Shown here: in pieces, positions 55,311-64,000 of the stretch
How the letters are laid out: every line of letters begins with the position of its first letter
How positions within the stretch are numbered: the stretch's first letter is position 1
NCBI GenBank assembly: GCA_042570405.1
Contig: JBHPGR010000003.1
Span: forward strand, 679 to 64,678
Length of the DNA stretch: 64,000 nucleotides
Source: Candidatus Omnitrophota bacterium
Lineage (GTDB): Bacteria > Omnitrophota > Gorgyraeia > Gygaellales > Profunditerraquicolaceae
Reading direction: 5' to 3'
The notes under the pieces: generated by a model
Told to the model about the DNA's origin: nothing
Seen by the model: the letters and a program-made list of their open reading frames with translations, nothing else
Database searches by the model: none
Made by a program: the position numbers and the translations under genes

Positions 55311-57755
55311 ATGTTCAACCGTTTTACCGAAAGGGCGAGGAAGGTGATCATTCTGGCCAAGGAAGAGGCCAGGCGCTTTAATCACGATTATATCGGAACA
55401 GAGCATATACTTCTCGGGCTTATCCGCGAAGGAGAAGGAGTAGCTGCGGCGGTATTGGAGAAACTGGGGGTATCTTTGGAGAATATACGCCTTGAGATAG
55501 AAAAATTAGTCCAGCCGGGACCCAGCACGCAGATCATCGGCGATATACCCTTTACGCCGCGCGCTAAGAAGGCGCTGGAGCTTGCCGCTGAAGAAGCGCG
55601 CAGCTTAGGGCATAATTATATCGGTACCGAGCATCTTTTACTGGGATTGATCCGTGAGGGCGAAGGTGTTGCTTCTCAGGTATTGATGAACTTGGGGATG
55701 GACCTGGCTAAGGTCAGGAAGGAGATCATGGAGGTCTTAGGATCTGCGCTGCCGAGTTTCGGGCAGCAGAACCCTCAGCAGCAGCAGCAACAGCAGCAGC
55801 CGCAGTCTAAATCAAAGACCCCTGCCCTGGATGCCTTTGGCAGGAACCTGACGGCATTGGCTAAGGAGGATAAATTGGATCCGGTGATCGATAGGGTCGG
55901 CGAGATCGAGAGGGTGATCCAGGTATTAAGCCGGCGCACAAAAAACAATCCTGTACTTTTGGGTGAAGCCGGAGTGGGAAAAACCGCGATCGTCGAAGGA
56001 TTAGCCCAGGCGATCATCGCCGGCAATGTCCCGGAGATCCTCAGGGGTAAGAAGATCATCGTACTTGACCTGGCCCTGATGGTAGCCGGCACAAAATACC
56101 GCGGTCAGTTTGAGGAGAGGATCAAGGCGGTGATGGAGGAGATCAAACGTTCGAAAGACATCGTGATCTTTATCGATGAGCTGCATACCCTTGTCGGAGC
56201 AGGGGCTGCCGAGGGAGCAATCGATGCCTCGAATATCTTAAAGCCTGCGCTTTCAAGGGGGGAGATGCAGTGTATCGGAGCGACCACCCTGGATGAATAT
56301 AGAAAACACATCGAGAAAGATGCCGCGCTTGAGAGGAGATTCCAAACGATCATGGTGGAGCCGCCATCAGTCGAGCAGACGGTAAAGATACTAAAAGGCC
56401 TAAAGGATAGATATGAAGCGCATCACCGTGTTACTTTTAATCAGGAAGCGCTTGAGGCAGCGGCGAAATTATCCGACCGTTACATCTCAGGCAGGTTTCT
56501 TCCTGATAAGGCGATCGACCTGATCGATGAGGCGGGTTCCCGGTCGCGCCTGAACGTATTGATCGTGCCCCCTGATATCAAAAAGAGCGAAGAGAAGGTC
56601 GAAGGCTTAAGAAAACAGAAGGAAGAGCATATCAAGAGCCAGGATTTTGAGAATGCAGCTTCTCTGCGCGACCAGGAGAGGCAGGCGCGCCAGGAATTAG
56701 AGCAGTTGAACCGCGGCTGGCAGGAGACCAAGGATAAGACCCGGCCCGAGGTCGGCGAAGAGGATATCGCTAAGATCGTAGCCCAGTGGACAGGTATACC
56801 GATCTTCCGTTTAGAGGAGAAGGAGAGCGAGAAGCTTTTAAAGGTGGAAGATCAGTTACGTAAACGGGTAGTCGGGCAGCAGGAGGCGATCTCTACGATC
56901 GCACACGCAGTCAGGCGTTCGCGGGCCGGGATCAAAGACCCGAAGAGGCCGATCGGCTCATTTATTTTTCTCGGACCCACAGGAGTAGGTAAGAGCCTTT
57001 TGGCGCGCGCGCTGGCTGAGTTCATGTTCGGGGATGAAAATGCGCTCTTGCAGCTGGATATGTCCGAGTATATGGAGAAGTTTAATGTCTCGCGTCTGAT
57101 CGGGGCGCCGCCCGGATACGTCGGCTATGAAGAGGGAGGGCAGCTTACAGAGCGGGTCCGGCGCAGGCCCTATTCGGTCATTCTTCTGGATGAGATAGAG
57201 AAGGCGCACCCTGACGCATTTAATCTTCTGCTGCAGGTCTTTGAAGAGGGGAGGCTTACTGATAGCTTCGGCAGGAAGGTGGATTTCAGGAATACGATCA
57301 TCATCATGACATCTAATGTCGGAGCGGATCTGATCCGCAAGAGCAGCTCGCTCGGTTTTAAGGCCCAGGACGAGAATTTCAGCTACCAGGATATGAAGGT
57401 TAAGCTGCTTGAACAGGTGAAGCGTACTTTTAAGCCGGAGTTCCTAAACCGTATAGACGATATCATCGTCTTTCGTCCTTTATCGAAAGAGGACCTGGGT
57501 AAGATCGTCGATATCGAGGTGGGTTTTTTGACAGAAAGACTAAAAGAACAGGGTATTACCCTGGAGGTGAGCGCCAAGGCCAAGGAGTTTCTTATCGAGA
57601 AGGGTTTTGATCCGGTCTTCGGGGCAAGGCCGCTAAAGCGGACGATCCAGAGGTATCTTGAGGATCCCCTCGCCTCCGATATAATCGCTAAGAAGTTTAA
57701 GGGTGGGGCTAAGGTGCAGGCAGACCGCAAGAACGAGGAGCTTGTTTTTAAATAA
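55311..57755 (+). CDS. clpC: ATP-dependent Clp protease ATP-binding subunit ClpC
   Basis: Duplicated Clp_N repeats, two AAA+ modules ([16 protein letters not shown]), and a UVR-like middle domain. Confidence 0.95.
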   Translation: MFNRFTERARKVIILAKEEARRFNHDYIGTEHILLGLIREGEGVAAAVLEKLGVSLENIRLEIEKLVQPGPSTQIIGDIPFTPRAKKALELAAEEARSLGHNYIGTEHLLLGLIREGEGVASQVLMNLGMDLAKVRKEIMEVLGSALPSFGQQNPQQQQQQQQPQSKSKTPALDAFGRNLTALAKEDKLDPVIDRVGEIERVIQVLSRRTKNNPVLLGEAGVGKTAIVEGLAQAIIAGNVPEILRGKKIIVLDLALMVAGTKYRGQFEERIKAVMEEIKRSKDIVIFIDELHTLVGAGAAEGAIDASNILKPALSRGEMQCIGATTLDEYRKHIEKDAALERRFQTIMVEPPSVEQTVKILKGLKDRYEAHHRVTFNQEALEAAAKLSDRYISGRFLPDKAIDLIDEAGSRSRLNVLIVPPDIKKSEEKVEGLRKQKEEHIKSQDFENAASLRDQERQARQELEQLNRGWQETKDKTRPEVGEEDIAKIVAQWTGIPIFRLEEKESEKLLKVEDQLRKRVVGQQEAISTIAHAVRRSRAGIKDPKRPIGSFIFLGPTGVGKSLLARALAEFMFGDENALLQLDMSEYMEKFNVSRLIGAPPGYVGYEEGGQLTERVRRRPYSVILLDEIEKAHPDAFNLLLQVFEEGRLTDSFGRKVDFRNTIIIMTSNVGADLIRKSSSLGFKAQDENFSYQDMKVKLLEQVKRTFKPEFLNRIDDIIVFRPLSKEDLGKIVDIEVGFLTERLKEQGITLEVSAKAKEFLIEKGFDPVFGARPLKRTIQRYLEDPLASDIIAKKFKGGAKVQADRKNEELVFK
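55764..55805 (+). repeat. CAG/CAA tract ([14 protein letters not shown]) in the ClpC N-domain/D1 linker
   Basis: Read directly. Confidence 0.9.
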
Positions 57756-58537
57756 TGAAGAAACTTTACATAATCTTCGGTAGGCAGATAATCGCATTAT
57801 TTTACTTTACAGGTGGTTTAGCGACTTTGGCTGCCCGGACATTCGCCGTAGCATTTGTCCCGCCTTTTCAAAGGGACCGTGTCTTTGAGCAGGCCAAGAA
57901 AGCCGGCTATGACAGCCTGCCGATAGTCGCGCTGATCGCATTATTCATCGGTTTCATCTTTGCCCTGCAGACTGCGGTTTTTATGCAGCGCATCGGCTCC
58001 GAACTTTATATCGCAAGCCTTGTAGCGCTTGCCTTAGTCAGGGAATTAGGGCCGGTGATTACAGCGCTGGTGGTAGCCGGACGCGTGGGAGCATCGATCA
58101 CCGCTGAGCTTGGCTCGATGCAGGTCACCGAACAGATCGACGCCTTAGAGGCCCTGGCGACAAATCCGATAAAATATTTGGTCGTCCCGCGCTTTCTGGC
58201 ATTGAGCATCATGTTGCCCCTGTTGACACTTTTTGCCAACGCTATCGGTATCCTGGGCAGCTACCTGATCTGCGTCTTTAGGCTGGGAATATCTTCCAGC
58301 ATGTACCTGCAGATCACCTTTGATGCGTTGCTTTATAAGGACCTCTTCACCGGATTGCTTAAGACTATATTCTTCGGGATGATTATCGCCCTCGTAGCAT
58401 GTTACCAGGCATTTAATGTAGAAGGAGGGGCTGAGGGGGTGGGAACCGCGACGATGCGTTCGGTGGTTACTACCTTTATCCTGATAATTGTCGCCGACTG
58501 TTTTTTCACCGCCCTGTTTTATTTCATCTTTCCATGA
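57755..58537 (+). CDS. mlaE: MlaE-type ABC permease
   Basis: RELGPV.TAL.VAGR.G...AELG.M.V.EQIDAL motif. Confidence 0.9.
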   Translation: MKKLYIIFGRQIIALFYFTGGLATLAARTFAVAFVPPFQRDRVFEQAKKAGYDSLPIVALIALFIGFIFALQTAVFMQRIGSELYIASLVALALVRELGPVITALVVAGRVGASITAELGSMQVTEQIDALEALATNPIKYLVVPRFLALSIMLPLLTLFANAIGILGSYLICVFRLGISSSMYLQITFDALLYKDLFTGLLKTIFFGMIIALVACYQAFNVEGGAEGVGTATMRSVVTTFILIIVADCFFTALFYFIFP

Positions 58538-59295
58538 TCGAGGCAAAGGGATTAAAAAAATCTTTCGGTAGTCACAAGGTGCTTAACGGCCTGGACCTTA
58601 AGATCGAGAAGGGCTCGACCTGCGTGATTATCGGCCGTTCGGGTTGCGGAAAATCAGTCTTTTTAAAGCACGTTGTGGGTATCCTGCGGCCGGATGCAGG
58701 CAGGGTCTTTGTAGAGGGCAAGGATGTATCACGCTTGAGTCACGCGGAATTAAACGTCATACGCATGAAGATCAGTCTTGTATTTCAGGGGGGAGCTTTA
58801 TTTGATTCTTTGACAGTCGGCGAGAACGTAGGCTTCGGCCTGATAGAGCATCAGCAGATCTGCCGGAAGGAATTATTAGAGAGGGTAGAAGAATCGCTGT
58901 GTATGGTAGACCTTTGCGGGGTCGCCAACCTTATGCCTTCGGAATTAAGCGGCGGGATGAAGAAGCGAGTGGCGCTGGCCCGGGCGATCTGCATTAAACC
59001 GGAACTGATCCTTTATGATGAACCGACTACAGGAGTAGACCCGATCACCGCAGACAGTATTAATGAGCTGATCCGCAGCCTGCACGATAAATTAAAGGTG
59101 ACTTCAGTGGTAGTCACGCACGATATGACCAGCGCTTATAAGGTAGCAGACAGGATCGCGATGATGTACGAGGGCAAAATTATCGCTGAAGGAACTCCTT
59201 CTGAGATAAAAAACACAAAGCATGCGGTAGTGCACCAGTTTATTAACGGCTTAGCCAAGGGGCCGATAACCGAGACGCTGGAGCGTTTCAGGTAA
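58534..59295 (+). CDS. mlaF: MlaF-type ABC ATPase
   Basis: GRSGCGKS, LSGGMKKRVALARA, ILYDEPT.G.DP. Confidence 0.9.
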   Translation: MIEAKGLKKSFGSHKVLNGLDLKIEKGSTCVIIGRSGCGKSVFLKHVVGILRPDAGRVFVEGKDVSRLSHAELNVIRMKISLVFQGGALFDSLTVGENVGFGLIEHQQICRKELLERVEESLCMVDLCGVANLMPSELSGGMKKRVALARAICIKPELILYDEPTTGVDPITADSINELIRSLHDKLKVTSVVVTHDMTSAYKVADRIAMMYEGKIIAEGTPSEIKNTKHAVVHQFINGLAKGPITETLERFR

Positions 59296-59312
59296 AATGC
59301 GGAGGTCGTAAG

Positions 59313-59924
59313 ATGATATTCGGTAAGACAAAATTAGAGCTAAAGGTGGGGGTCTTTGTATGCGCAGGCCTTGTAATTTTAGTCATTTTCGTATTATCTT
59401 TGGGCAACTTTAAGACCTGGGCCTCGGGGTACCGGGTTAATTTTATCTTTGATTTCGTCAACGGCGTCAAGAGAGGCGCTCCGGTGAGGTTTGCCGGAGT
59501 CGAGGTGGGTGAGGTAAAGGAGATCAATTTTATCTCCGAGGCGAAAAATAGGCTCAAGGTCCAGGTAGTCACCTGGATCGAGCACGAGGTGAATATCCCG
59601 GTTGATTCTACTGTCTGGGTGAATACCTTAGGGTTGCTGGGGGAGAAGTACATCGAGATCATGCCGGGAGACAATTTTGATGATTGTCTCTCTGCCGGGC
59701 AGTCCCTGGTGGGAGTCGATCCCCTGCCGATGCATGAGATGGTCAGGTTTGCCAAGGGGATCGGCGAGAATCTGAACGCCACTCTCTTAAAGGTCAAGGA
59801 GGGCAAAGGCACGGTAGGGAGGCTGCTTAATGACGAGAGTATCTACAATGAGCTGGAAGGCCTGATGACGGACCTGAGAAAGAATCCCTGGAAATTACTC
59901 TATAAGTCCAGAGAGAGGCGATGA
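59313..59924 (+). CDS. mlaD: MlaD-type MCE domain protein
   Basis: N-terminal TM, G...GAPVR.AGV.VG.V, L.G..YIE. Confidence 0.85.
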   Translation: MIFGKTKLELKVGVFVCAGLVILVIFVLSLGNFKTWASGYRVNFIFDFVNGVKRGAPVRFAGVEVGEVKEINFISEAKNRLKVQVVTWIEHEVNIPVDSTVWVNTLGLLGEKYIEIMPGDNFDDCLSAGQSLVGVDPLPMHEMVRFAKGIGENLNATLLKVKEGKGTVGRLLNDESIYNELEGLMTDLRKNPWKLLYKSRERR

Positions 59925-61297
59925 GGGCAAAGACCGTATTCAGCTGTCAGAACTGCGGGTATCAATCTCCTAAATGGCTGGGTAGGTGTCCGGATTGCAG
60001 CAACTGGAATTCCTTTGTCGAAGAGGATTATGCGGTTCCGGCTAAGAAGCAGAAGGAGCGCGTCAGTCTCTTTAAGGAGGAGCCGGTTTTGCTGCGGGAT
60101 GTCAATATAAGAGAGGCCTCGCGCCTTAATACCGGGATCTCGGAGCTGGACAGGGTCTTAGGAAATGGCCTGGTGGTGGGTTCAGTGACACTGCTGGGAG
60201 GTGATCCCGGCATCGGAAAATCCACGATCTCCCTGCAGCTTTCAAATCAACTCGCCGCAGGCGGCAGGACGATACTCTATGTAAGCGGCGAGGAGTCGGT
60301 GACGCAGACCAAGCTGCGGGCAAAGCGTTTAGGCGACGGGAAAGCTGAGAAGGGCAAGCTTTATATAGTCAATCAGACGGATCTGGCCCTGATCATTGAG
60401 TATGTAAAAAAGATCAGGCCGGACGTGATGATCATTGATTCCATCCAGGTGGTCTTTGAGCCTACGATCAGCTCATCCCCGGGTAGCGTCAGCCAGGTTA
60501 GGGAGTGTGCAGGGATCCTGGCCCAGTTAGCAAAGACTTCCGGCACAAGCGTTGTGATCATCGGCCACGTGACTAAAGCAGGCAATATTGCCGGCCCCAG
60601 GGTCCTGGAGCATATCGTTGATACCGTGCTTTACTTCGAGGGTGACAGGTTTTCAGTCTACCGGATCTTGAGGGCGGTAAAGAACAGGTTTGGATCGACT
60701 AATGAGATCGGCGTCTTTGAGATGTCGGCTGCGGGCCTTGCGCAGGTAAGTAATCCTTCGGAGATCTTCCTATCGGAGAGGCCAAAGGATGTCTCAGGTT
60801 CGGCAGTGGCATCGGTCCTGGAGGGCTCCCGGCCGCTCTTGGTTGAGATCCAGGCGTTGGTGAGCAAGTCCGCTTTCGGCTATGCGCGCAGGAGGACCCA
60901 GGGGTTTGATTATAATCGCACCAGCCTGTTGATCGCAGTCTTAGAGAAGAGGATCGGCTTGCATCTTGAGGCAGAGGATGTCTTTATAAATGTAGCCGGC
61001 GGGATCAAGGTAGAGGATCCGGCGGCAGATCTTGCGGTAGCATTGTCTATAGCTTCAGGGTTCCGTGACAAACCGATCCTTGCCGATTGCGTGATCTTGG
61101 GTGAGGTCGGCCTTACCGGCGAGATCAGAAGTATCTCCCAGATAGACCTGCGCATAAATGAGGCAGAAAAGCTGGGTTTTAAGAGCTGTATTCTACCAAA
61201 GCATAATCATAAGTCTTTATCCCATTCGAGGCAATCCATAGAGCTGATCCCTGTTTCGACCTTAAGGGAAGCAATGGATATTGCTTTAAGGAGGTAG
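59921..61297 (+). CDS. radA: DNA repair protein RadA/Sms
   Basis: C.NCGY...KW.GRCP.C zinc finger, [14 protein letters not shown], and a Lon-like C-terminal domain. Confidence 0.95.
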   Translation: MRAKTVFSCQNCGYQSPKWLGRCPDCSNWNSFVEEDYAVPAKKQKERVSLFKEEPVLLRDVNIREASRLNTGISELDRVLGNGLVVGSVTLLGGDPGIGKSTISLQLSNQLAAGGRTILYVSGEESVTQTKLRAKRLGDGKAEKGKLYIVNQTDLALIIEYVKKIRPDVMIIDSIQVVFEPTISSSPGSVSQVRECAGILAQLAKTSGTSVVIIGHVTKAGNIAGPRVLEHIVDTVLYFEGDRFSVYRILRAVKNRFGSTNEIGVFEMSAAGLAQVSNPSEIFLSERPKDVSGSAVASVLEGSRPLLVEIQALVSKSAFGYARRRTQGFDYNRTSLLIAVLEKRIGLHLEAEDVFINVAGGIKVEDPAADLAVALSIASGFRDKPILADCVILGEVGLTGEIRSISQIDLRINEAEKLGFKSCILPKHNHKSLSHSRQSIELIPVSTLREAMDIALRR

Positions 61298-61301
61298 TTT
61301 T

Positions 61302-62282
61302 ATGAATTTATTATTTGTACGTATTCTTTTGATCATTGCAGGTATGCTGGTGGGTTATCAAACGGCAGTGCCAAGGGGCGCCGGGGTCATGGGGCTTGCG
61401 ATCGGCCTGATTGCTGCGGTTGCGATCATTGCCATGGAGATCGGAATGGGGAGGATCTCTGTAAGAGGCTTATCAAGTACGGTCTTCGGTATGATCCTGG
61501 GCTTGATCATGGCAAAGCTTGTCACCGATGCCTTCAGTTTAGCGCCGATAGACCCGGAGAGCCTATCGATCATCAGGGTCACGCTCACGCTTATCTTCTG
61601 TTATCTGGGCATGATCATCGGGCTGCGCGGCAAGGATGAGTTCAGCCTGATCATCCCTTATGTAAAGCTGCGCCGCCAGGACGGCGCTGAGGAAGCGATA
61701 TTATTGGATACCAGCGTGATCATCGACGGAAGGATCATAGATATCTTCAAGACGCACTTTTTGTACGGAAAGATCATCATCCCGCGTTTTGTACTTAAGG
61801 AGCTGCAGCAGATCGCAGATTCCTCTGACCCGGTAAAACGCCAAAGGGGCAGAAGAGGCCTTGAGATCCTGCATACGGTCCAGAAGCAGTCAGGCCTGGA
61901 TATCAATATACATGATGAAGATTTTCCGGGGATCCGCGATGTTGATTCAAAGCTGGTGAAGCTCGCCCAACTTTTGGATGCGAAGATCCTCACCGTTGAT
62001 TTTAATCTTAACCGCGTTGCCGGGATCCAGGGTATAAAGGTGCTTAATATCAATGAGCTGGCAAATACTTTAAAGCCGGTCGTCTTTCCGGGTGAGAAGA
62101 TGAAGTTGAAGTTGATCAAGGAGGGCAAGGAGCACAACCAGGGTATAGGCTACCTTGAGGACGGGACGATGGTAGTGGTGGAAGATGCCCGGAAGCTCAT
62201 CGGCCGCGAAGTAAGGGTAGCGGTCACCTCAGTCCTGCAGACACAGGCGGGAAGGATGATCTTTACAAAGCTTGAGAAATGA
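61302..62282 (+). CDS. membrane-anchored PIN + TRAM domain protein (YacL-like)
   Basis: N-terminal TMs, [15 protein letters not shown] motif, and a C-terminal TRAM-like ..VVVEDA...G..V.V.VT.VLQT.AGRMIF. Confidence 0.8.
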   Translation: MNLLFVRILLIIAGMLVGYQTAVPRGAGVMGLAIGLIAAVAIIAMEIGMGRISVRGLSSTVFGMILGLIMAKLVTDAFSLAPIDPESLSIIRVTLTLIFCYLGMIIGLRGKDEFSLIIPYVKLRRQDGAEEAILLDTSVIIDGRIIDIFKTHFLYGKIIIPRFVLKELQQIADSSDPVKRQRGRRGLEILHTVQKQSGLDINIHDEDFPGIRDVDSKLVKLAQLLDAKILTVDFNLNRVAGIQGIKVLNINELANTLKPVVFPGEKMKLKLIKEGKEHNQGIGYLEDGTMVVVEDARKLIGREVRVAVTSVLQTQAGRMIFTKLEK

Positions 62283-62989
62283 AGCATGTCAGTGCGATCC
62301 TCCTTGCCGCGGGAAAGGGCAAACGATTAAAGGCCGCCAACAGCGATAAGCCGCTGATTGCGATCAGCTCTCTGCCGCTTTTAGTCTATTCTCTTAAAGC
62401 ATTAAGCAGGCATCCCTTGATCAGGGATATCATCGTAGCCGTAAATTCGGCAAATTCTGCGCGTATCAAAAGCGCTATTAAAAAATACCGGATCAGAAAG
62501 GTCCGGAGAGTAGTCTTAGGCGGTAAAGAACGCCGGGATTCGGTGGCGAATGCCTTAAAGGCGCTGCGGGTCGAAACTGAGTTTGTATTAGTGCATGACG
62601 GAGCAAGGCCCTTTATTGATAAGAAGATGATCACTTTAGTGGTCAGGGCAGCTCAGAAATTTGGAGCGGCCATCGTAGGGGTGCCGGTTAAGGCGACGAT
62701 CAAAAAGGTACGGCGTACGGCGTACGGCGTGCGGCGTAAGACCTTTGTCAGAAATACCATAGACAGGAATAACCTTTGGCAGATACAGACACCGCAGGTT
62801 TTTAGGAAAGATTTGATCCTGAAGGCCTATAAGAAATACAGAGGCGCGCGCGTGACAGACGATGCCTCACTGGTGGAGAAGCTAGGGGTGGCAGTCGGGG
62901 TGGTCAGGGGTTCTTACAGCAATATCAAGATTACTACTCCCGAAGATCTTTTGTTTGCCAGGGAGATAGCCAGAGGAGGGAAATTTTAG
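62279..62989 (+). CDS. ispD: 2-C-methyl-D-erythritol 4-phosphate cytidylyltransferase
   Basis: [21 protein letters not shown] and QTPQVF motifs. Confidence 0.9.
   Translation: MKHVSAILLAAGKGKRLKAANSDKPLIAISSLPLLVYSLKALSRHPLIRDIIVAVNSANSARIKSAIKKYRIRKVRRVVLGGKERRDSVANALKALRVETEFVLVHDGARPFIDKKMITLVVRAAQKFGAAIVGVPVKATIKKVRRTAYGVRRKTFVRNTIDRNNLWQIQTPQVFRKDLILKAYKKYRGARVTDDASLVEKLGVAVGVVRGSYSNIKITTPEDLLFAREIARGGKF
62708..62742 (+). repeat. heptanucleotide tandem repeat GTACGGC x3 plus two degenerate units inside ispD
   Basis: GTACGGC GTACGGC GTACGGC GTGCGGC GTAAGAC. Encodes ..[11 protein letters not shown].. Confidence 0.9.
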
Positions 62990-62991
62990 GG

Positions 62992-63480
62992 ATGCTTAAG
63001 TATAAGAGCGGTATCGGTTATGATATCCATCGTCTTGTAGAGGGGCGCAAACTATTTCTCGGTGGTGTTGAGATCCCCTATATCAAGGGGCTCTTGGGCC
63101 ATTCTGACGGAGACGTATTACTGCATGCTGTCTGCGATGCTCTTTTAGGAGCTGCCGCTTGCGGTGATATCGGAGAGCGCTTCCCGGATAACGATCCCAA
63201 ATACCATAATATCGAAAGTATAGAATTGCTAAAGGAAGTCGATAGGCTTCTTAAGAGCGAGGGCTTTGCGATCGTCAATATTGATACAGTGGTAGTCGCC
63301 CAGGAACCGGTACTTTCGCCTTTTAAAAAAAGTATGCGCGTTAAGATCAGTGAGACGCTAAAGATCCAGGAATCTTCTGTAAATATAAAAGCCAAGACCA
63401 GCGAAGGCTTGGGTGATATCGGCAAGGTCGAAGCGATCGCCTGCTATGCCACAGCCAGCATCTCAAAAAAGGAGTCCTAA
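62992..63480 (+). CDS. ispF: 2-C-methyl-D-erythritol 2,4-cyclodiphosphate synthase
   Basis: GIGYDIHRL, GHSDGDVLLHA and the remembered AQ.P....++ motifs. Confidence 0.95.
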   Translation: MLKYKSGIGYDIHRLVEGRKLFLGGVEIPYIKGLLGHSDGDVLLHAVCDALLGAAACGDIGERFPDNDPKYHNIESIELLKEVDRLLKSEGFAIVNIDTVVVAQEPVLSPFKKSMRVKISETLKIQESSVNIKAKTSEGLGDIGKVEAIACYATASISKKES

Positions 63481-64000
63481 ATGGAGGTTTGCCTTTTGTT
63501 CGTAAGAGTTTTATCTATCATTTTAGTTTTATTCATCGTCAAAGCCACGTTTATATCTTTGTTTTTCTATAAAGAGATCAGGGCAGCGCAGAAAAGGGAT
63601 CCTGCGGCTAAGGGATTCCTTGAGGTGCTCTTTCTCTATCAGGGGTTACACGCCCTGATCGCGCACCGTTTCGCTCATTTTTTCTATAGATTACGCTTTG
63701 TCTTTTTCGCGCGCTTTATCAGTCAGATCTCAAGGTCGCTTACCGGGATCGAGATCCATCCCGGGGCCGAGATCGGTAAGAGGTTTTTTATCGACCACGG
63801 TATGGGAGTGGTGATCGGAGAGACCTCTATTATCGGCGATGATGTGCTCTTGTATCAGGGCGTCACATTAGGCGGCACGGGCCTGGAAACGGGCAAGCGG
63901 CATCCCACTATCGGCAACAACGTCGTGATCGGCGGGGGTGCTAAGATCCTCGGCAATATCACTATCGGCGATAGCTCATACGTAGGCGCAAACGCGGTAG
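63481..64000 (+). CDS. cysE: serine O-acetyltransferase, 3'-truncated by the window edge
   Basis: Open frame from ATG 63481 to the window end. RDPAA...LEVL..Y.GLHAL..HR.AH, and IHPGA.IG..FFIDHG.GVVIGET hexapeptide repeats. Not in the ORF track because no stop is reached. Confidence 0.85.
   Translation, partial: MEVCLLFVRVLSIILVLFIVKATFISLFFYKEIRAAQKRDPAAKGFLEVLFLYQGLHALIAHRFAHFFYRLRFVFFARFISQISRSLTGIEIHPGAEIGKRFFIDHGMGVVIGETSIIGDDVLLYQGVTLGGTGLETGKRHPTIGNNVVIGGGAKILGNITIGDSSYVGANAV

Overview
This 64-kb window is a dense, almost entirely plus-strand housekeeping region. It looks like an uncultivated diderm, anaerobe-type bacterium, judging from waaA, lolC/E-lolD, mlaEFD and an rnfC-G-D-E-A-B cluster. 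Lineage cannot be assigned without a database. GC is roughly 50% by eye.

Contents:
- A dispersed purine-biosynthesis set (purN, purB, purL, purF-like, purM, purD, purE).
- eno-ftsB.
- tsaC::ywlE fusion-rpiB-glyA, then dCMP deaminase-nrdR.
- A cca-family enzyme.
- A translationally coupled outer-membrane barrel / GH94-like / dUTPase-fold / cupin cassette.
- A macro::Nudix fusion, a Ski2-like helicase, a DUF3786 protein and a thermonuclease.
- aroC, spoVG, aroK, then dprA-topA-xerC.
- htpX and a c-di-GMP-I riboswitch in front of a PAS-GAF-HD-GYP gene.
- lysS, then ilvE-mcsA-mcsB-clpC, mlaEFD, and radA-yacL-ispD-ispF-cysE.
- Two tRNAs: Thr-CGU and initiator Met.

I saw no CRISPR array, transposase, integrase other than housekeeping xerC, phage genes or recognisable defence operon.

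The most unusual content is non-genic:
1. At least three families of small foldback or inverted-repeat elements sit in intergenic DNA: A about 205-225 bp in 3 copies, B in 2 copies, C in 3 copies.
2. Hairpin-rich, GC-rich extra segments appear to be inserted in frame into conserved enzymes (RnfC, RnfB, a dUTPase-fold protein). This is reminiscent of Rickettsia palindromic elements.
3. Family C always lies in the same orientation directly upstream of a start codon. It is a candidate cis-regulatory motif.

Other points worth a second look:
- A PurF homolog lacks the N-terminal Cys nucleophile.
- A complete McsA/McsB/ClpC arginine-phosphorylation module plus a YwlE-like phosphatase fused to TsaC occur in an LPS/Lol/Mla organism, with no CtsR visible.
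- Two consensus promoters are placed for leaderless lysS and aroK.
- A terminator-like hairpin lies in the csp leader.
- Several in-frame tandem repeats occur: a heptamer in ispD, CAG/CAA in clpC, and a 15-mer in topA.

All homology calls come from reading the translated ORFs against remembered family motifs. No searches were run.
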